Source: an uncultured Phycisphaeraceae bacterium
GTDB taxonomy: Bacteria; Planctomycetota; Phycisphaerae; UBA1845
Reading direction: 5' to 3'
NCBI GenBank assembly: GCA_964424105.1
Contig: CAYRHJ010000028.1
Span: 12,679 to 76,678, forward strand
Length of the DNA stretch: 64,000 nt
Shown: positions 47,637 to 56,801 of the stretch, in pieces
Layout of the letters: every line of letters starts with the position of its first letter
Position numbering within the stretch: position 1 is the stretch's first letter
The notes under the pieces: generated by a model
The model's input: the letters and a program-made list of their open reading frames with translations, nothing else
Told to the model about the DNA's origin: nothing
Database searches by the model: none
Made by a program: the position numbers and the translations under genes

Positions 47637-49028
47637 ATGTTGCGTATTCCGCAAAAACCCCCTTCATTGACAGAACTCGTCAAGAATGCACTCGAGTCCA
47701 ACCGAATCAAGGAGATTCTGGACTTCTCGATGAGTCAGGAGAACGCTTCGCGGTACCATCACTGGGACAAGATACGACGTCTTGGATTACCTGACGGGCT
47801 GTTGAATCATCGTGAATGGTGGCTCGCGATCAAACTCCGACGGCAACCCCTAATCAAGACCGTCCCCCTGACGGACCAAAGAAAGAGGCCGTTCATCTAT
47901 GTCCCCACCGACCCCATTCCGCAACGCCTGCACAACATCGATCTTTTCGGCGGACAGGTGCCGGGGCTTCCTGAGCCGATCACGAATCGCGATACGAAAG
48001 ATCGTTACATCATCAACTCGTTGATCGAGGAAGCCATTACGTCAAGTCAATTGGAGGGTGCGGCTACGACTCGACAGGTGGCACGTGAGATGATTCGTAC
48101 GGGCCGGCGTCCCGTTGATCGATCCGAGCGAATGATTTTCAACAACTTCAAAACGATGCAACGCATCGGCAGCCTTCGGAAAGAGCAGCTCACGAAAGAA
48201 GTCATTTGCGAACTGCATCGAATCGTTACGACCGACACGTTGGACGATCCTGAGGTGGCCGGTGTAGTCCGCAGCACTGACCAGAAGATTGACGTCGGCG
48301 ACGATTTTGGGCAGGTCTTTCACGAGCCTCCTCCCGCCACGGAGTTAGAGGAGCGGATGGAATCGCTGTGCACGTTTGCCAACAACTTATCAACGGACGA
48401 ATTCATTCATCCGGTCATTCGCTCCATCATCGTACACTTCTGGCTTGCCTACGATCACCCCTTCGTGGACGGCAACGGTCGCACTGCTCGGGCGCTGTTT
48501 TACTGGTCGATGCTTCACCATGATGCCTATTGGCTTTTCGAGTTCATTTCAATTTCAGAGATCATCCTTAAGGGGCCGTCCAAGTACGCCCGGGCGTTTC
48601 TTCATACCGAGACGGACGACAATGATTTAACGTATTTCATACTTTACCACCTCGACGTCATTCAGCGGGCGTTTGAACAGCTTTGGAATTATGTCACGCG
48701 AAAGACGGACGAGCTGCGGCAACTCGAGCAGCGCCTGCGCAGCATGCAATTTCTCAATCATCGACAGCAGGCGCTCGTGGGTCACGCTTTGCGTCATAGC
48801 AACGCCGATTACACAATCGAGTCACACCGTGCGAGTCACGGAGTGGTATATGAAACCGCGCGAAGTGATCTGATGGACCTCCAAAACCTCGGACTTCTGG
48901 AATCCTTCAAAGTGGGGCGAGAGTGGCACTTCCGCAGGTCCGCGGATTTGGAGCAACGCTTAGCCAATCCCACCGAACAAGCGAGGAGACCTGGCAAATC
49001 CGTTGCGAAACGAGATTTCAAGGAATAG
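47637..49028 (+). CDS. Fic family protein with C-terminal winged helix
   Basis: Complete Fic motif HPFVDGNGRTAR; SSQLEGA; C-terminal YETARSDLMDL..GLL wHTH; AT-rich upstream region. Confidence 0.92.
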   Translation: MLRIPQKPPSLTELVKNALESNRIKEILDFSMSQENASRYHHWDKIRRLGLPDGLLNHREWWLAIKLRRQPLIKTVPLTDQRKRPFIYVPTDPIPQRLHNIDLFGGQVPGLPEPITNRDTKDRYIINSLIEEAITSSQLEGAATTRQVAREMIRTGRRPVDRSERMIFNNFKTMQRIGSLRKEQLTKEVICELHRIVTTDTLDDPEVAGVVRSTDQKIDVGDDFGQVFHEPPPATELEERMESLCTFANNLSTDEFIHPVIRSIIVHFWLAYDHPFVDGNGRTARALFYWSMLHHDAYWLFEFISISEIILKGPSKYARAFLHTETDDNDLTYFILYHLDVIQRAFEQLWNYVTRKTDELRQLEQRLRSMQFLNHRQQALVGHALRHSNADYTIESHRASHGVVYETARSDLMDLQNLGLLESFKVGREWHFRRSADLEQRLANPTEQARRPGKSVAKRDFKE

Positions 49029-49078
49029 GGACGCGGCTTTCCATCAACGCATCTGACTTCAAAACCGATAAATGATGA

Positions 49079-50044
49079 ATGAACGTCGACGGGCGCTCCT
49101 CAACCGCCAACACCCGATACACCGGTTCGGATGCCCACCCGTCCATCGTCTTCACCGTCGACGTCGAAGATTGGGGCCAATCGGTGTTCGACCGATCGCT
49201 GCCCATCAGTCGCTATTGCGCCGACAACGTTCGACGACTGCTCGACATTCTCGCAACCGATCCCGGCGCGCGGGGCACGTTCTTCGTGCTCGGCAAGTTC
49301 GCCCAAAAGCACCCCCAGGTCGTCCGCGATCTACAGGCCACCGGTCACGAGATCGCCAGCCACGGCTTCGGGCATGAACCCGTACATCACCAGACGCCCG
49401 CTGAATTTCGCGACGATTTACGTCGCGCCGCCGACATCATCAGCCACATCACCGCCCAAACGGTCGTGGGCTATCGAGCGCCCGTGTTTTCCATCGGGCA
49501 ACAAAACCTGTGGGCGCTCGAGGTTCTGGCCGACGAAGGCTACGAATACGATTCAAGCATTTTTCCGATCGCCGGACGGCGCTACGGCATTCCGCATTGG
49601 CCCCGCGAGCCGGCCACCGTTCGTCTGGGGCACGACCGTCGAATCATCGAATTCCCCTTGACCGCCGTTCGCATCGCCGGGCGAAACTATCCCGTTTCAG
49701 GCGGCGGATATGCCCGTTTGATTCCAAGCCCCCTCCTCATTCGCGCTTTTCAACGTGAAGCCCACCTCCGTCGCACAAGTTGGCCGGTTTTCTACTGTCA
49801 CCCCTACGAATTAGACGTTCGCGAGTTCCAACGCCAAGACCCCACCCCACCATGGGGCGATCGACACCTGCCATTGGCCCTGCAATGGCATCAGGGCCTT
49901 GGCCGAGGTGCGTTCGAGCGAAAACTCCGCGCCCTGATGCATCATTTTCAATTTCGTTCATTCGCCCAAGCGCGTCGCTCGTTGGCCCAACCGCCTGAAA
50001 TGTCGATCCGCGTCGATGAACCCGTCGCGATTCCCGTCGTTTGA
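49079..50044 (+). CDS. Polysaccharide deacetylase family protein (PEP-CTERM/exosortase-locus type, DUF3473)
   Basis: FTVDVEDW, TFFVLG, HEIASHGFGH, GYRAPVFS, YDSSIFP, GGGYARL and FYCHPYELD motifs. Confidence 0.9.
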   Translation: MNVDGRSSTANTRYTGSDAHPSIVFTVDVEDWGQSVFDRSLPISRYCADNVRRLLDILATDPGARGTFFVLGKFAQKHPQVVRDLQATGHEIASHGFGHEPVHHQTPAEFRDDLRRAADIISHITAQTVVGYRAPVFSIGQQNLWALEVLADEGYEYDSSIFPIAGRRYGIPHWPREPATVRLGHDRRIIEFPLTAVRIAGRNYPVSGGGYARLIPSPLLIRAFQREAHLRRTSWPVFYCHPYELDVREFQRQDPTPPWGDRHLPLALQWHQGLGRGAFERKLRALMHHFQFRSFAQARRSLAQPPEMSIRVDEPVAIPVV

Positions 50045-50070
50045 AATTCGATGGGAACGGACGGTGCAAA

Positions 50071-50304
50071 ACGAGCGGTCCTCACAACCCCCGAGCGCGT
50101 CTTCACGAGCCGCGAGCGCGAAGCGAGCGGTCTTTCCGACCCCAGACCGCGTCTTTACGAGCCGCGAGCGCGAAGCGAGCGGTCTTTCCGACCCCAGACC
50201 GCGTCTTCACGAGCCGCGAGCGCGAAGCGAGCGGTCCCCACAACCCCCGAGCGCGTCTTCACGAGCCGCGAGCGCAAAGCGAGCGGTCCTCACAACCCGC
50301 GTCC
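50071..50304 (+). repeat. 52-bp-period tandem array of REP-like units
   Basis: ctt(c/t)acgagccgcgagcgc(g/a)aagcgagcggtc at 50101, 50153, 50205 and 50257, separated by 20-nt linkers of only two types. Confidence 0.9.
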
Positions 50305-50349
50305 GTCTGCGTGCGTTTTCTATGGTCGCGACAATTCAGACGATCGACA

Positions 50350-50835
50350 CTACGGCCGATCATCATCAAATCGAAGCCAAGGCCGGAATCGTTCAACGGT
50401 CTTGGGGCCAATGCCGCGCACCGCCTCCAGATCCTCCGGCCCACGGAACGCGACGCGTCCGTCAATAGAATCCAGATTCTCCCCACCCGCGCGCATGTGA
50501 AAGTCGATGGCCCTCTCCTCCGCATCCTCGTCCGATTCATGGATCGCCGTGACGTACTCCTCACGAAAATCAACGATGGCCTGCGCCTTCGCGGGGCCAA
50601 TTCCCGGCAACGAAGCCAACTCCGCGACCGACGCGGTGTTGGGGTCAATGCCGCGGACGATCAGCCCTTGATTCGCGGGGCGTTCACCAAGCGGCTGGAA
50701 AGGCGCCGCATCAAAATGGGCCAACAGGCAAACGATGGCTGCAACCGTCGAACAACACACCAGCATCGTAGATCGTTGAATCGACTCAATGTTTGCGAAT
50801 TCGTCGCCGCCAACTCGATAATCAACGGGCGGCAT
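50350..50835 (-). CDS. comEA: ComEA-like helix-hairpin-helix DNA-binding protein
   Basis: IDPNTASVAELASLPGIGPAKAQAIV and DLEAVRGIGPKTVERFRPWL HhH motifs; N-terminal hydrophobic anchor. Confidence 0.82.
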   Translation of the reverse strand: MPPVDYRVGGDEFANIESIQRSTMLVCCSTVAAIVCLLAHFDAAPFQPLGERPANQGLIVRGIDPNTASVAELASLPGIGPAKAQAIVDFREEYVTAIHESDEDAEERAIDFHMRAGGENLDSIDGRVAFRGPEDLEAVRGIGPKTVERFRPWLRFDDDRP

Positions 50836-52297
50836 GAGGAATCACCTCGTCTCGAAATGCCTTCAACGCCTCGAACGCGGGCTTGGGCGTGAAATCGGCA
50901 CGAAGCAGTCCGCAACCGGCCGCCCCTTTCCGCGCCGGATCGACCAGGCTCTTCCAGCAGATCGTTTCGACCAGCGGCTTGCTCAGCGCGATGGTGCAAA
51001 ACGCTCGCAACCACCGTGCCTGAACGTCATCGCTCCAGGAACCGCGCCAGGTTCCGGCATCGGAAGTCTTGTTCGACGGAACCTCGACGGCGGTGATATG
51101 GATCGGCTTGCCGAACGTACCGAATCGATCGAGAAGCGCGGAGATTTGAAACATGTCGCGGGCGTACATGCCTTCGGTCTGCGTGCCCAGGCAAAACTGG
51201 AGACCCAATGCGTCGAATTGAATGCCGCTTTGCACCGCCATCTCGGCATAGAGCAGCGGCGGAATGCTTCGCTGGTTTCGCGCGTAATATTCACCCCACG
51301 GTGCGACCAGATCCAGAATGGTCAGGCTCCGCGGCGCCACCTGCTTGGTCACCGCCGCAGCCACCCGCGTCAACTCGATCAACTGCTCGAAGTTGAAGCT
51401 GAAGCTCTGGTTGGCATGGATGCCACTGATCACGTCCCAGACCTGAATGTGTTGGCCATAACGACCGACCACCCGACGGATATGCTCGGTCGTCAATTCG
51501 CGCACCGTCTCGAAGTCGTGTTCCCAAATATAAAGCCAATCCGGCACGCAATCTTGTTGAAAACAAACCAGCGGAGACCCCTTAGCCGGCACACGAATAC
51601 GACGCAGGAAATCGACCCACAAGTCGATCGCTTTCCAGCGGAACTGCTGCTCCTTGGGTTCGATCTGATTCCAAGGCATCGGTACGGTGACAAAGTCGAA
51701 CGTGCCCGACAGCAACGCCGCCAGCGAGTCCTGGGGCGGGCCACCGGGCACCGTGCATCCGAACACCCGCCGCCCCATTCCCGCCGTCTCCAGACGACGC
51801 TTCAGAAGCAATTGAGCATGAAAACTCGCCATTCGTTCGGCGATGTCCACACCGGAAATCAAGGCCCGCTCCGCCGTTTGGGCCGCCGCTTGCGGGTCGT
51901 CTTGCTTGATGGCTTCGATGAGCAGTTCCCGAGCCTGCGCCATATCATCATTCAATGACTTCGCCTCTTGGCAATCGAACAGGCCCCAATCCTCGCACTT
52001 GTGCTGAACGCGCATCATCTGCGCCCGGGCCAATTCCAACGGCAAATTGAAATCCGCGGCCCGCTCCTGCACGCGCACCGTTTCCATCAGAAGCGTTCCC
52101 ATCGTCTCCATCGGCCAAAGCAACGCCAGACCCGCCGGACCCGTCGCCCGTTTCTGACAAATCAAACCGGAATCCTTGACCTCAATCTCGGCCCGAAGTG
52201 GAACGCCGTCGCTCCCGAACAGGTAGGCCGAACCCTGGTCGATGGGTGTTGATTTTGGGTTGCGGCGATGAGTCTGAAAACGAATCACCAATTCCAT
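50822..52297 (-). CDS. GH10-like TIM-barrel protein lacking the canonical catalytic glutamates
   Basis: PMPWNQIEP, WDVISG (canonical WDVVNE), DALGLQ, KPIHITAVEV (canonical ITELD) and GLLRADFTPKPAF; start uncertain. Confidence 0.75.
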   Translation of the reverse strand: MELVIRFQTHRRNPKSTPIDQGSAYLFGSDGVPLRAEIEVKDSGLICQKRATGPAGLALLWPMETMGTLLMETVRVQERAADFNLPLELARAQMMRVQHKCEDWGLFDCQEAKSLNDDMAQARELLIEAIKQDDPQAAAQTAERALISGVDIAERMASFHAQLLLKRRLETAGMGRRVFGCTVPGGPPQDSLAALLSGTFDFVTVPMPWNQIEPKEQQFRWKAIDLWVDFLRRIRVPAKGSPLVCFQQDCVPDWLYIWEHDFETVRELTTEHIRRVVGRYGQHIQVWDVISGIHANQSFSFNFEQLIELTRVAAAVTKQVAPRSLTILDLVAPWGEYYARNQRSIPPLLYAEMAVQSGIQFDALGLQFCLGTQTEGMYARDMFQISALLDRFGTFGKPIHITAVEVPSNKTSDAGTWRGSWSDDVQARWLRAFCTIALSKPLVETICWKSLVDPARKGAAGCGLLRADFTPKPAFEALKAFRDEVIPHAAR

Positions 52298-52363
52298 CCA
52301 CGATTGCGATCGGTCACGTCCTACATCCCAGACGTCGCTCATTATGCGCTGCCGGGCAATCAA

Positions 52364-52503
52364 CGTCGAGACGTTGCAGGCCCCGGCGGGGCCATCGATA
52401 GTAGCCCGGCGATTTATCGCCGGGTGTTCGTCCGGCGAGGTGAACGAGTCCCGTAGGGACGACTGACCCACGGCCAAAGTTTCAGCCGTCCTTGCGGGAC
52501 TTC
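52364..52503. repeat. REPIN/MITE-like element, copy 2 (partial)
   Basis: cgtcgagacgttgcaggccccggcggggccatcga..tagcccggcgatttatcgccggg..gaggtgaacgagtcccgtag..cgactgacccacggc..tttcagccgtcc..gggactt matches 27838-27980. Confidence 0.8.
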
Positions 52504-52649
52504 GCGGCCGCTTCATCCGCCCCTGCCGAGGCGGGATCAGTTTATCGGGTCAGGTTTCCACGGGTTTCGCCATGTGCCCGATCACGCTACATTTCCACCC
52601 GAGGCTGACGTCCCACGGTTCGAAGCCTGAATTTGCGGAAAGACGAATC

Positions 52650-53561
52650 ATGACCTTCGACGTTTCCAGTGCCCTCGTTTCCACCCAACTCGCCGGGCTG
52701 CCTCGGCGGCAGGGCAAGGTCCGCGACGTCTATGACCTGGGAGACCAGGTGCTGCTGGTCGCCACCGATCGAATCAGCGCCTACGACGTCGTGTTGCCCA
52801 CCCCCATCCCCGGCAAGGGTCGCCTTCTGACGCAAATATCGAAATTCTGGTTCGACTTCCTGGCCGAGACGACCAAACATCATCTCCTCGAGGTGCTTGA
52901 TGACCGCATGCCCGCGGGCCTGGAAAAGTATCGCGAGCAGCTCCGTGGCCGAACCATGCGTTGCTTGAAGGCTGAAGTCGTACCCATTGAGTGCGTGGTC
53001 CGCGGATATCTGGCTGGGTCGGGCTGGAAAGACTACGTCGAGACGGGTTCGGTGTGCGGGATTCGCCTGCCCGCGGGGCTGCGCCAATGTGAGCGACTTA
53101 GCGAACCGATTTTTACCCCTGCGACGAAAGTGGATCATGGGCATGACCAGAATATATCATTCGACCAGGCATGTGAAAGCGTAGGAAGCGACGTCATGCG
53201 GACGCTGCGTGCTCGCAGCATGGAGATCTACCAACGGGCAGCCGACTTCGCCCGCCGGCGAGGGATCATCATCGCGGACACCAAGTTTGAATGGGGCCGC
53301 ATTGGCAATGACCTCGTCTTGATCGACGAAGCATTGACCCCCGATTCGTCGCGGTTTTGGCCCGCGGACCGCTATCAGATAGGCCGCGACCAGGAAAGCT
53401 TCGACAAGCAATTCGTCCGCAATTACCTGACGACGCTCGTAGAAGCCGGACAATGGAACAAGCTGCCGCCCGGTCCGGAACTGCCCGAAGACACCGTTCG
53501 TCAAACCGCAGCCAAGTACCGCGAAGCCTACGAATTCCTATGTCGGGATATTCATCGTTGA
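52650..53561 (+). CDS. purC: Phosphoribosylaminoimidazole-succinocarboxamide synthase
   Basis: GKVRDVY, ATDRISAYD, PIECVVRGYLAGSGW, ADTKFEWG, DEALTPDSSRFW and SFDKQFVR. Confidence 0.97.
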   Translation: MTFDVSSALVSTQLAGLPRRQGKVRDVYDLGDQVLLVATDRISAYDVVLPTPIPGKGRLLTQISKFWFDFLAETTKHHLLEVLDDRMPAGLEKYREQLRGRTMRCLKAEVVPIECVVRGYLAGSGWKDYVETGSVCGIRLPAGLRQCERLSEPIFTPATKVDHGHDQNISFDQACESVGSDVMRTLRARSMEIYQRAADFARRRGIIIADTKFEWGRIGNDLVLIDEALTPDSSRFWPADRYQIGRDQESFDKQFVRNYLTTLVEAGQWNKLPPGPELPEDTVRQTAAKYREAYEFLCRDIHR

Positions 53562-53707
53562 CATTTGAACCGTTGACCTAACGACCCCTTGTCATTGGCC
53601 AAGACGGCGTGGCTTCCTTTGCCGCGCGCCGGCAGTCGTTTGAATCCGGCCCTTTCAAATGCTCGGATGGCGTTGCGAGGTGAGACACTAGGAAGCCGCG
53701 CGCTCAT
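53552..53707 (-). pseudogene. hicA: HicA-type toxin, C-terminally truncated (51 aa)
   Basis: MSARLPSVSPRNAIRAFERAGF...GKGSH HicA N-terminus with catalytic His; GGAGG RBS and ATGA overlap with the upstream gene; ends inside the purC 3' end without the VPxH helix region. Confidence 0.7.
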
Positions 53708-54129
53708 TGTTCCGCCTCCGCTTTCTGTGTTCGAAGCTCCCATCTCTTGTTGGCGGCCTCAAGCAACTCCACAAATGGGCGAATATCGAACGAGTTCGGA
53801 CCGTTAACTCCCTCGCGATTTCGCTGCGGAGTGATTCCGAGCAAGCCGATATCTCGCAACTGATAAGCCCATTTGCGAAGGGTATCCGATCGGACTCCAA
53901 GTCCTGACGCGATGTCCTTCCAATGGGCGCGAATCGGCTCGTCGCCGAACTTCCGGCAAGCAAGCGCGATGATGAGCATCAAGTGCCGAGGTTGAACCTC
54001 GCGACCAATTCGTCCGTCGTAACGCCCAAGGAACGCGAACATCTTGGGGAGCTTAAGGAATCGCTTTTCCTCAAGCGTTCCCCAAACGTTGGTTGACACT
54101 CTTGATGTAACTGCACTTTCGTCTCTCAT
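53704..54129 (-). CDS. Winged helix-turn-helix protein (phage/plasmid replication-initiator-like, tentative)
   Basis: HLMLIIALAC..WKDIASGLGVRSDTLRKWAYQLRDIGLL..N.FD wHTH pattern; frame open to 54186. Confidence 0.65.
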   Translation of the reverse strand: MRDESAVTSRVSTNVWGTLEEKRFLKLPKMFAFLGRYDGRIGREVQPRHLMLIIALACRKFGDEPIRAHWKDIASGLGVRSDTLRKWAYQLRDIGLLGITPQRNREGVNGPNSFDIRPFVELLEAANKRWELRTQKAEAEQ

Positions 54130-54215
54130 TGAATGCATTATCGACCTATATTGATACGTATCAATAAGCTGGTCGAAAAAAGCCATGCAAGAGACTGGCT
54201 ATCACGTTTCTTAAA

Positions 54216-54425
54216 CTATACCACGCAGATTTCGGCGTCTTGCGGGTCGTCGGGGACTTCGCGGCCTAGGGATTGGGCTGCGTCGATCCAGGCTGCGATG
54301 GCGTCCCGGACGTTTTCCAGGGCCTCCGCCTTGGTGTCGCCCTGCGTGACGCACCCTGGCAGGCTCGGGACCTCGCAGACCCACCCGCCGTCATCCAAGT
54401 CGCGATATATCAAGACTTGCCTCAT
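54216..54425 (-). CDS. hicB: HicB-type antitoxin (short form)
   Basis: DGGWVCEVPSLPGCVTQGDTKAEALENVRDAI HicB signature; 69 aa, no DNA-binding domain. Confidence 0.9.
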   Translation of the reverse strand: MRQVLIYRDLDDGGWVCEVPSLPGCVTQGDTKAEALENVRDAIAAWIDAAQSLGREVPDDPQDAEICVV

Positions 54426-54625
54426 GCCGACTATCTTACGCAAAGGCGGCTGACAACAAAAGAGTACATCATCGATTTGGCAAAGATTTGTCGCCACGCA
54501 AGCCAGGATTCGATGGCCAATCCGCCGGGGTGCCCCATCCATAGCGCAGCGATGGGCGGGGCCCCGCTGATCGGCGTTCGGAGAATTTCGAACACGCCAG
54601 CCACCTCCGTGTTCATCATCGCCCC

Positions 54626-56527
54626 CTACTGCGTCGATGGCTGGTAATTGTTCCGATCCCGGATTCGCACCGGGTCAAGCCATTGGCCAATCGCCTTGGC
54701 TACGAGTCCGTCGTTAAGCTCCCGCACGATGCGTCCCCGCTCCTGTTTGAATCGTTCTTCGTCCAAAGGGCGCCGCTCGGTGAATTCAACGATGGCCACG
54801 ATGGCTTTGTCGTCCATCGGAATGACTCGCACCTTCTGACCGCTTGATTCCATCGCAAAACATTTTTCGACGAAATCCGGCGTAACCACCCCCAGTCCGC
54901 GCACGAAGATATTCTCCGTCATGGACGTGGTCGGGATCGACCGATTCACGCGGCGAGCTAATGGATCGGGCGTGAAATAGCCCGGCGCCGGATCGGGCAG
55001 GCTCGAAACGCTGGGGCTGTTTTGCCAGGTGGCAAACAATCCGTCATCCGTGATCAAATAGGCGAAGTCCTCCGCCAAGGTCAGAACCTGCTCGTAACCA
55101 CGTTGCATGCGAATGTCGTCGATGACCTTCTCCCGCACCTCCTCGAGCGATTCCCCAGGACCCGGCGGTATCACTTCCAACACACGATAGATGTACGTTT
55201 CGTTGTCGGTGTTGGCGTACCAGATGGACGAGGACTGACCCAACGCCAGATACGTCGCCGTATCGACCGCGGTGTCCAACGGCATGGACTCGACGCCCTG
55301 CACGTGAAAAACGACGTTTCGAAACGTTCGCCGATCGGTGCCGATCTGCGGACGGCTCGCTCCGATGCCCGGCAATTGAAACGCCTCCTCCTTCGTGAAG
55401 TGCTTCGTCGTTCCAATCGTGACAGCCCCGCCGAAACGCAGGTTGGCAGGAAGACGATCCAATACCTTCGAATAGTAGTCTTCGCCAAGCAGTTCTGCCG
55501 GCGGCACGGGATACCCGTCGTCACCCACCGGCAATCCAAACCAAGGCTCGCTCAACTCCTTGACCAGCCAACTCGCGATCTTAGCCACCTCGTCGATGCC
55601 CATGACTCGGCGAACTTCCCGCACCGCCACGGCTTGTGCCTCTTCAAACGTCGCAAAATACGGCGATGGGTCTTCATCTTCGCCCGCCGTCGGCGGCGTC
55701 GTAGGGTTGGGACGAGCGAACATCGCGTTGTTTCGATTCGCCCGCCAATAATCCTCCGCCTTTCTCAGCAGCGTGTTTTCGCGGACGATCAGGTTCTTCG
55801 CGATGACCGCCGGGTCGATCTTGAAGTATTGAATCTTGACCTTGGCCGGCTGGTAATAGCCGAACAGAACCCCGCCCCCCGGCACCGATTCACGATAGGT
55901 CTCAAAATGCTCCTGAATTTCAGCTTCCTCGATCACTTCGTTTCGGTCTACCAACGACCGCGCATCCAACTTCACCAGATTAATCTGAACCGTTTCCAAC
56001 TGATCGCGAGCCGCAACCCGAATCTCCGCCTCGCTGGCCGTCTCCGCCCCGACCGTGAATCGGAGCATCTGAAAAACCGACATGAAATTACCAAGCGAGT
56101 GATAAATAAAATCAGATTTTATGTTTCGTCGAGCGGCGAGTACTTCTACAGTTTCAAGTGTCAGTCCCAAATTCGTCACGAAGGCTTCCACCTCGACCTG
56201 CCGAGGCTTCATTCCCAAACCATTCGCTTCGCGTGTCAGCAGAATCCACTCCATGATCCCCAGCGGCTGGGCTTGGGCACGCAGGCCGGAAAATGGCCAC
56301 GGATTTCGCCAATCCAAGCCGACCAGCTCAAGCATCTCCGTTTCCAATCTCGCCACGATCTGGTCGTCGGCGAGAATGTCTCCCAATTGACTTTTCGCGA
56401 TTAGTTGGTCCCGGAGGGTCGGGTCTACCAGCGACATCAATGCCGAGCCACCCAGCCAGACAATGAGCAACCCGGCCATGAATACCGCCAGCAGCTTGCG
56501 ATTGTGTTTTCGAAAAAACTTCATCAT
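54626..56527 (-). CDS. PpiD/SurA-N-like membrane-anchored periplasmic chaperone
   Basis: MKFFRKHNRKLLAVFMAGLLIVW N-terminal anchor, V.I..V...A and EIQEHFE..R..Y..P.KVKIQY patterns typical of PpiD; no clear parvulin motif. Confidence 0.7.
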   Translation of the reverse strand: MMKFFRKHNRKLLAVFMAGLLIVWLGGSALMSLVDPTLRDQLIAKSQLGDILADDQIVARLETEMLELVGLDWRNPWPFSGLRAQAQPLGIMEWILLTREANGLGMKPRQVEVEAFVTNLGLTLETVEVLAARRNIKSDFIYHSLGNFMSVFQMLRFTVGAETASEAEIRVAARDQLETVQINLVKLDARSLVDRNEVIEEAEIQEHFETYRESVPGGGVLFGYYQPAKVKIQYFKIDPAVIAKNLIVRENTLLRKAEDYWRANRNNAMFARPNPTTPPTAGEDEDPSPYFATFEEAQAVAVREVRRVMGIDEVAKIASWLVKELSEPWFGLPVGDDGYPVPPAELLGEDYYSKVLDRLPANLRFGGAVTIGTTKHFTKEEAFQLPGIGASRPQIGTDRRTFRNVVFHVQGVESMPLDTAVDTATYLALGQSSSIWYANTDNETYIYRVLEVIPPGPGESLEEVREKVIDDIRMQRGYEQVLTLAEDFAYLITDDGLFATWQNSPSVSSLPDPAPGYFTPDPLARRVNRSIPTTSMTENIFVRGLGVVTPDFVEKCFAMESSGQKVRVIPMDDKAIVAIVEFTERRPLDEERFKQERGRIVRELNDGLVAKAIGQWLDPVRIRDRNNYQPSTQ

Positions 56528-56801
56528 GATGACTATAACTCCAGTGTTACAATAAGGTTACAAATTGCAGCGCCCGCGCCGGTATCAAAACCGATTTCAA
56601 CACCATTCCGATCGATCCAGGCCCATCGCCGTAACCTTTTACCTGGCCTATGGTTTGACAGACCGAACGGCGTCTGCTAGTTGACGCGCCCCCGGATAAA
56701 CTTGGGCGTTCGTTGACCAGGCGTCTAGAATCCCACGGCCTTTGTCGATAACGGCTGAATGATAAGGGAACCTGATGTAGTACACCAGTGCCCGCGGGCA
56801 T

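Noticed and set aside
50071-50304. CRISPR array
   Set aside because: Linkers are only 20 nt and are duplicated, the repeat is dispersed singly across the window, and no cas gene or leader is present.
50016-50892. ORFs 50016..50468, 50041..50892 and 50051..50500 with repeated peptides
   Set aside because: Translations of the 52-bp DNA array and the antisense of comEA.
53552-53600. Frameshift or read-through restoring full-length HicA
   Set aside because: Neither alternative frame gives the expected VPxH motif, and the sequence runs into the purC 3' end.
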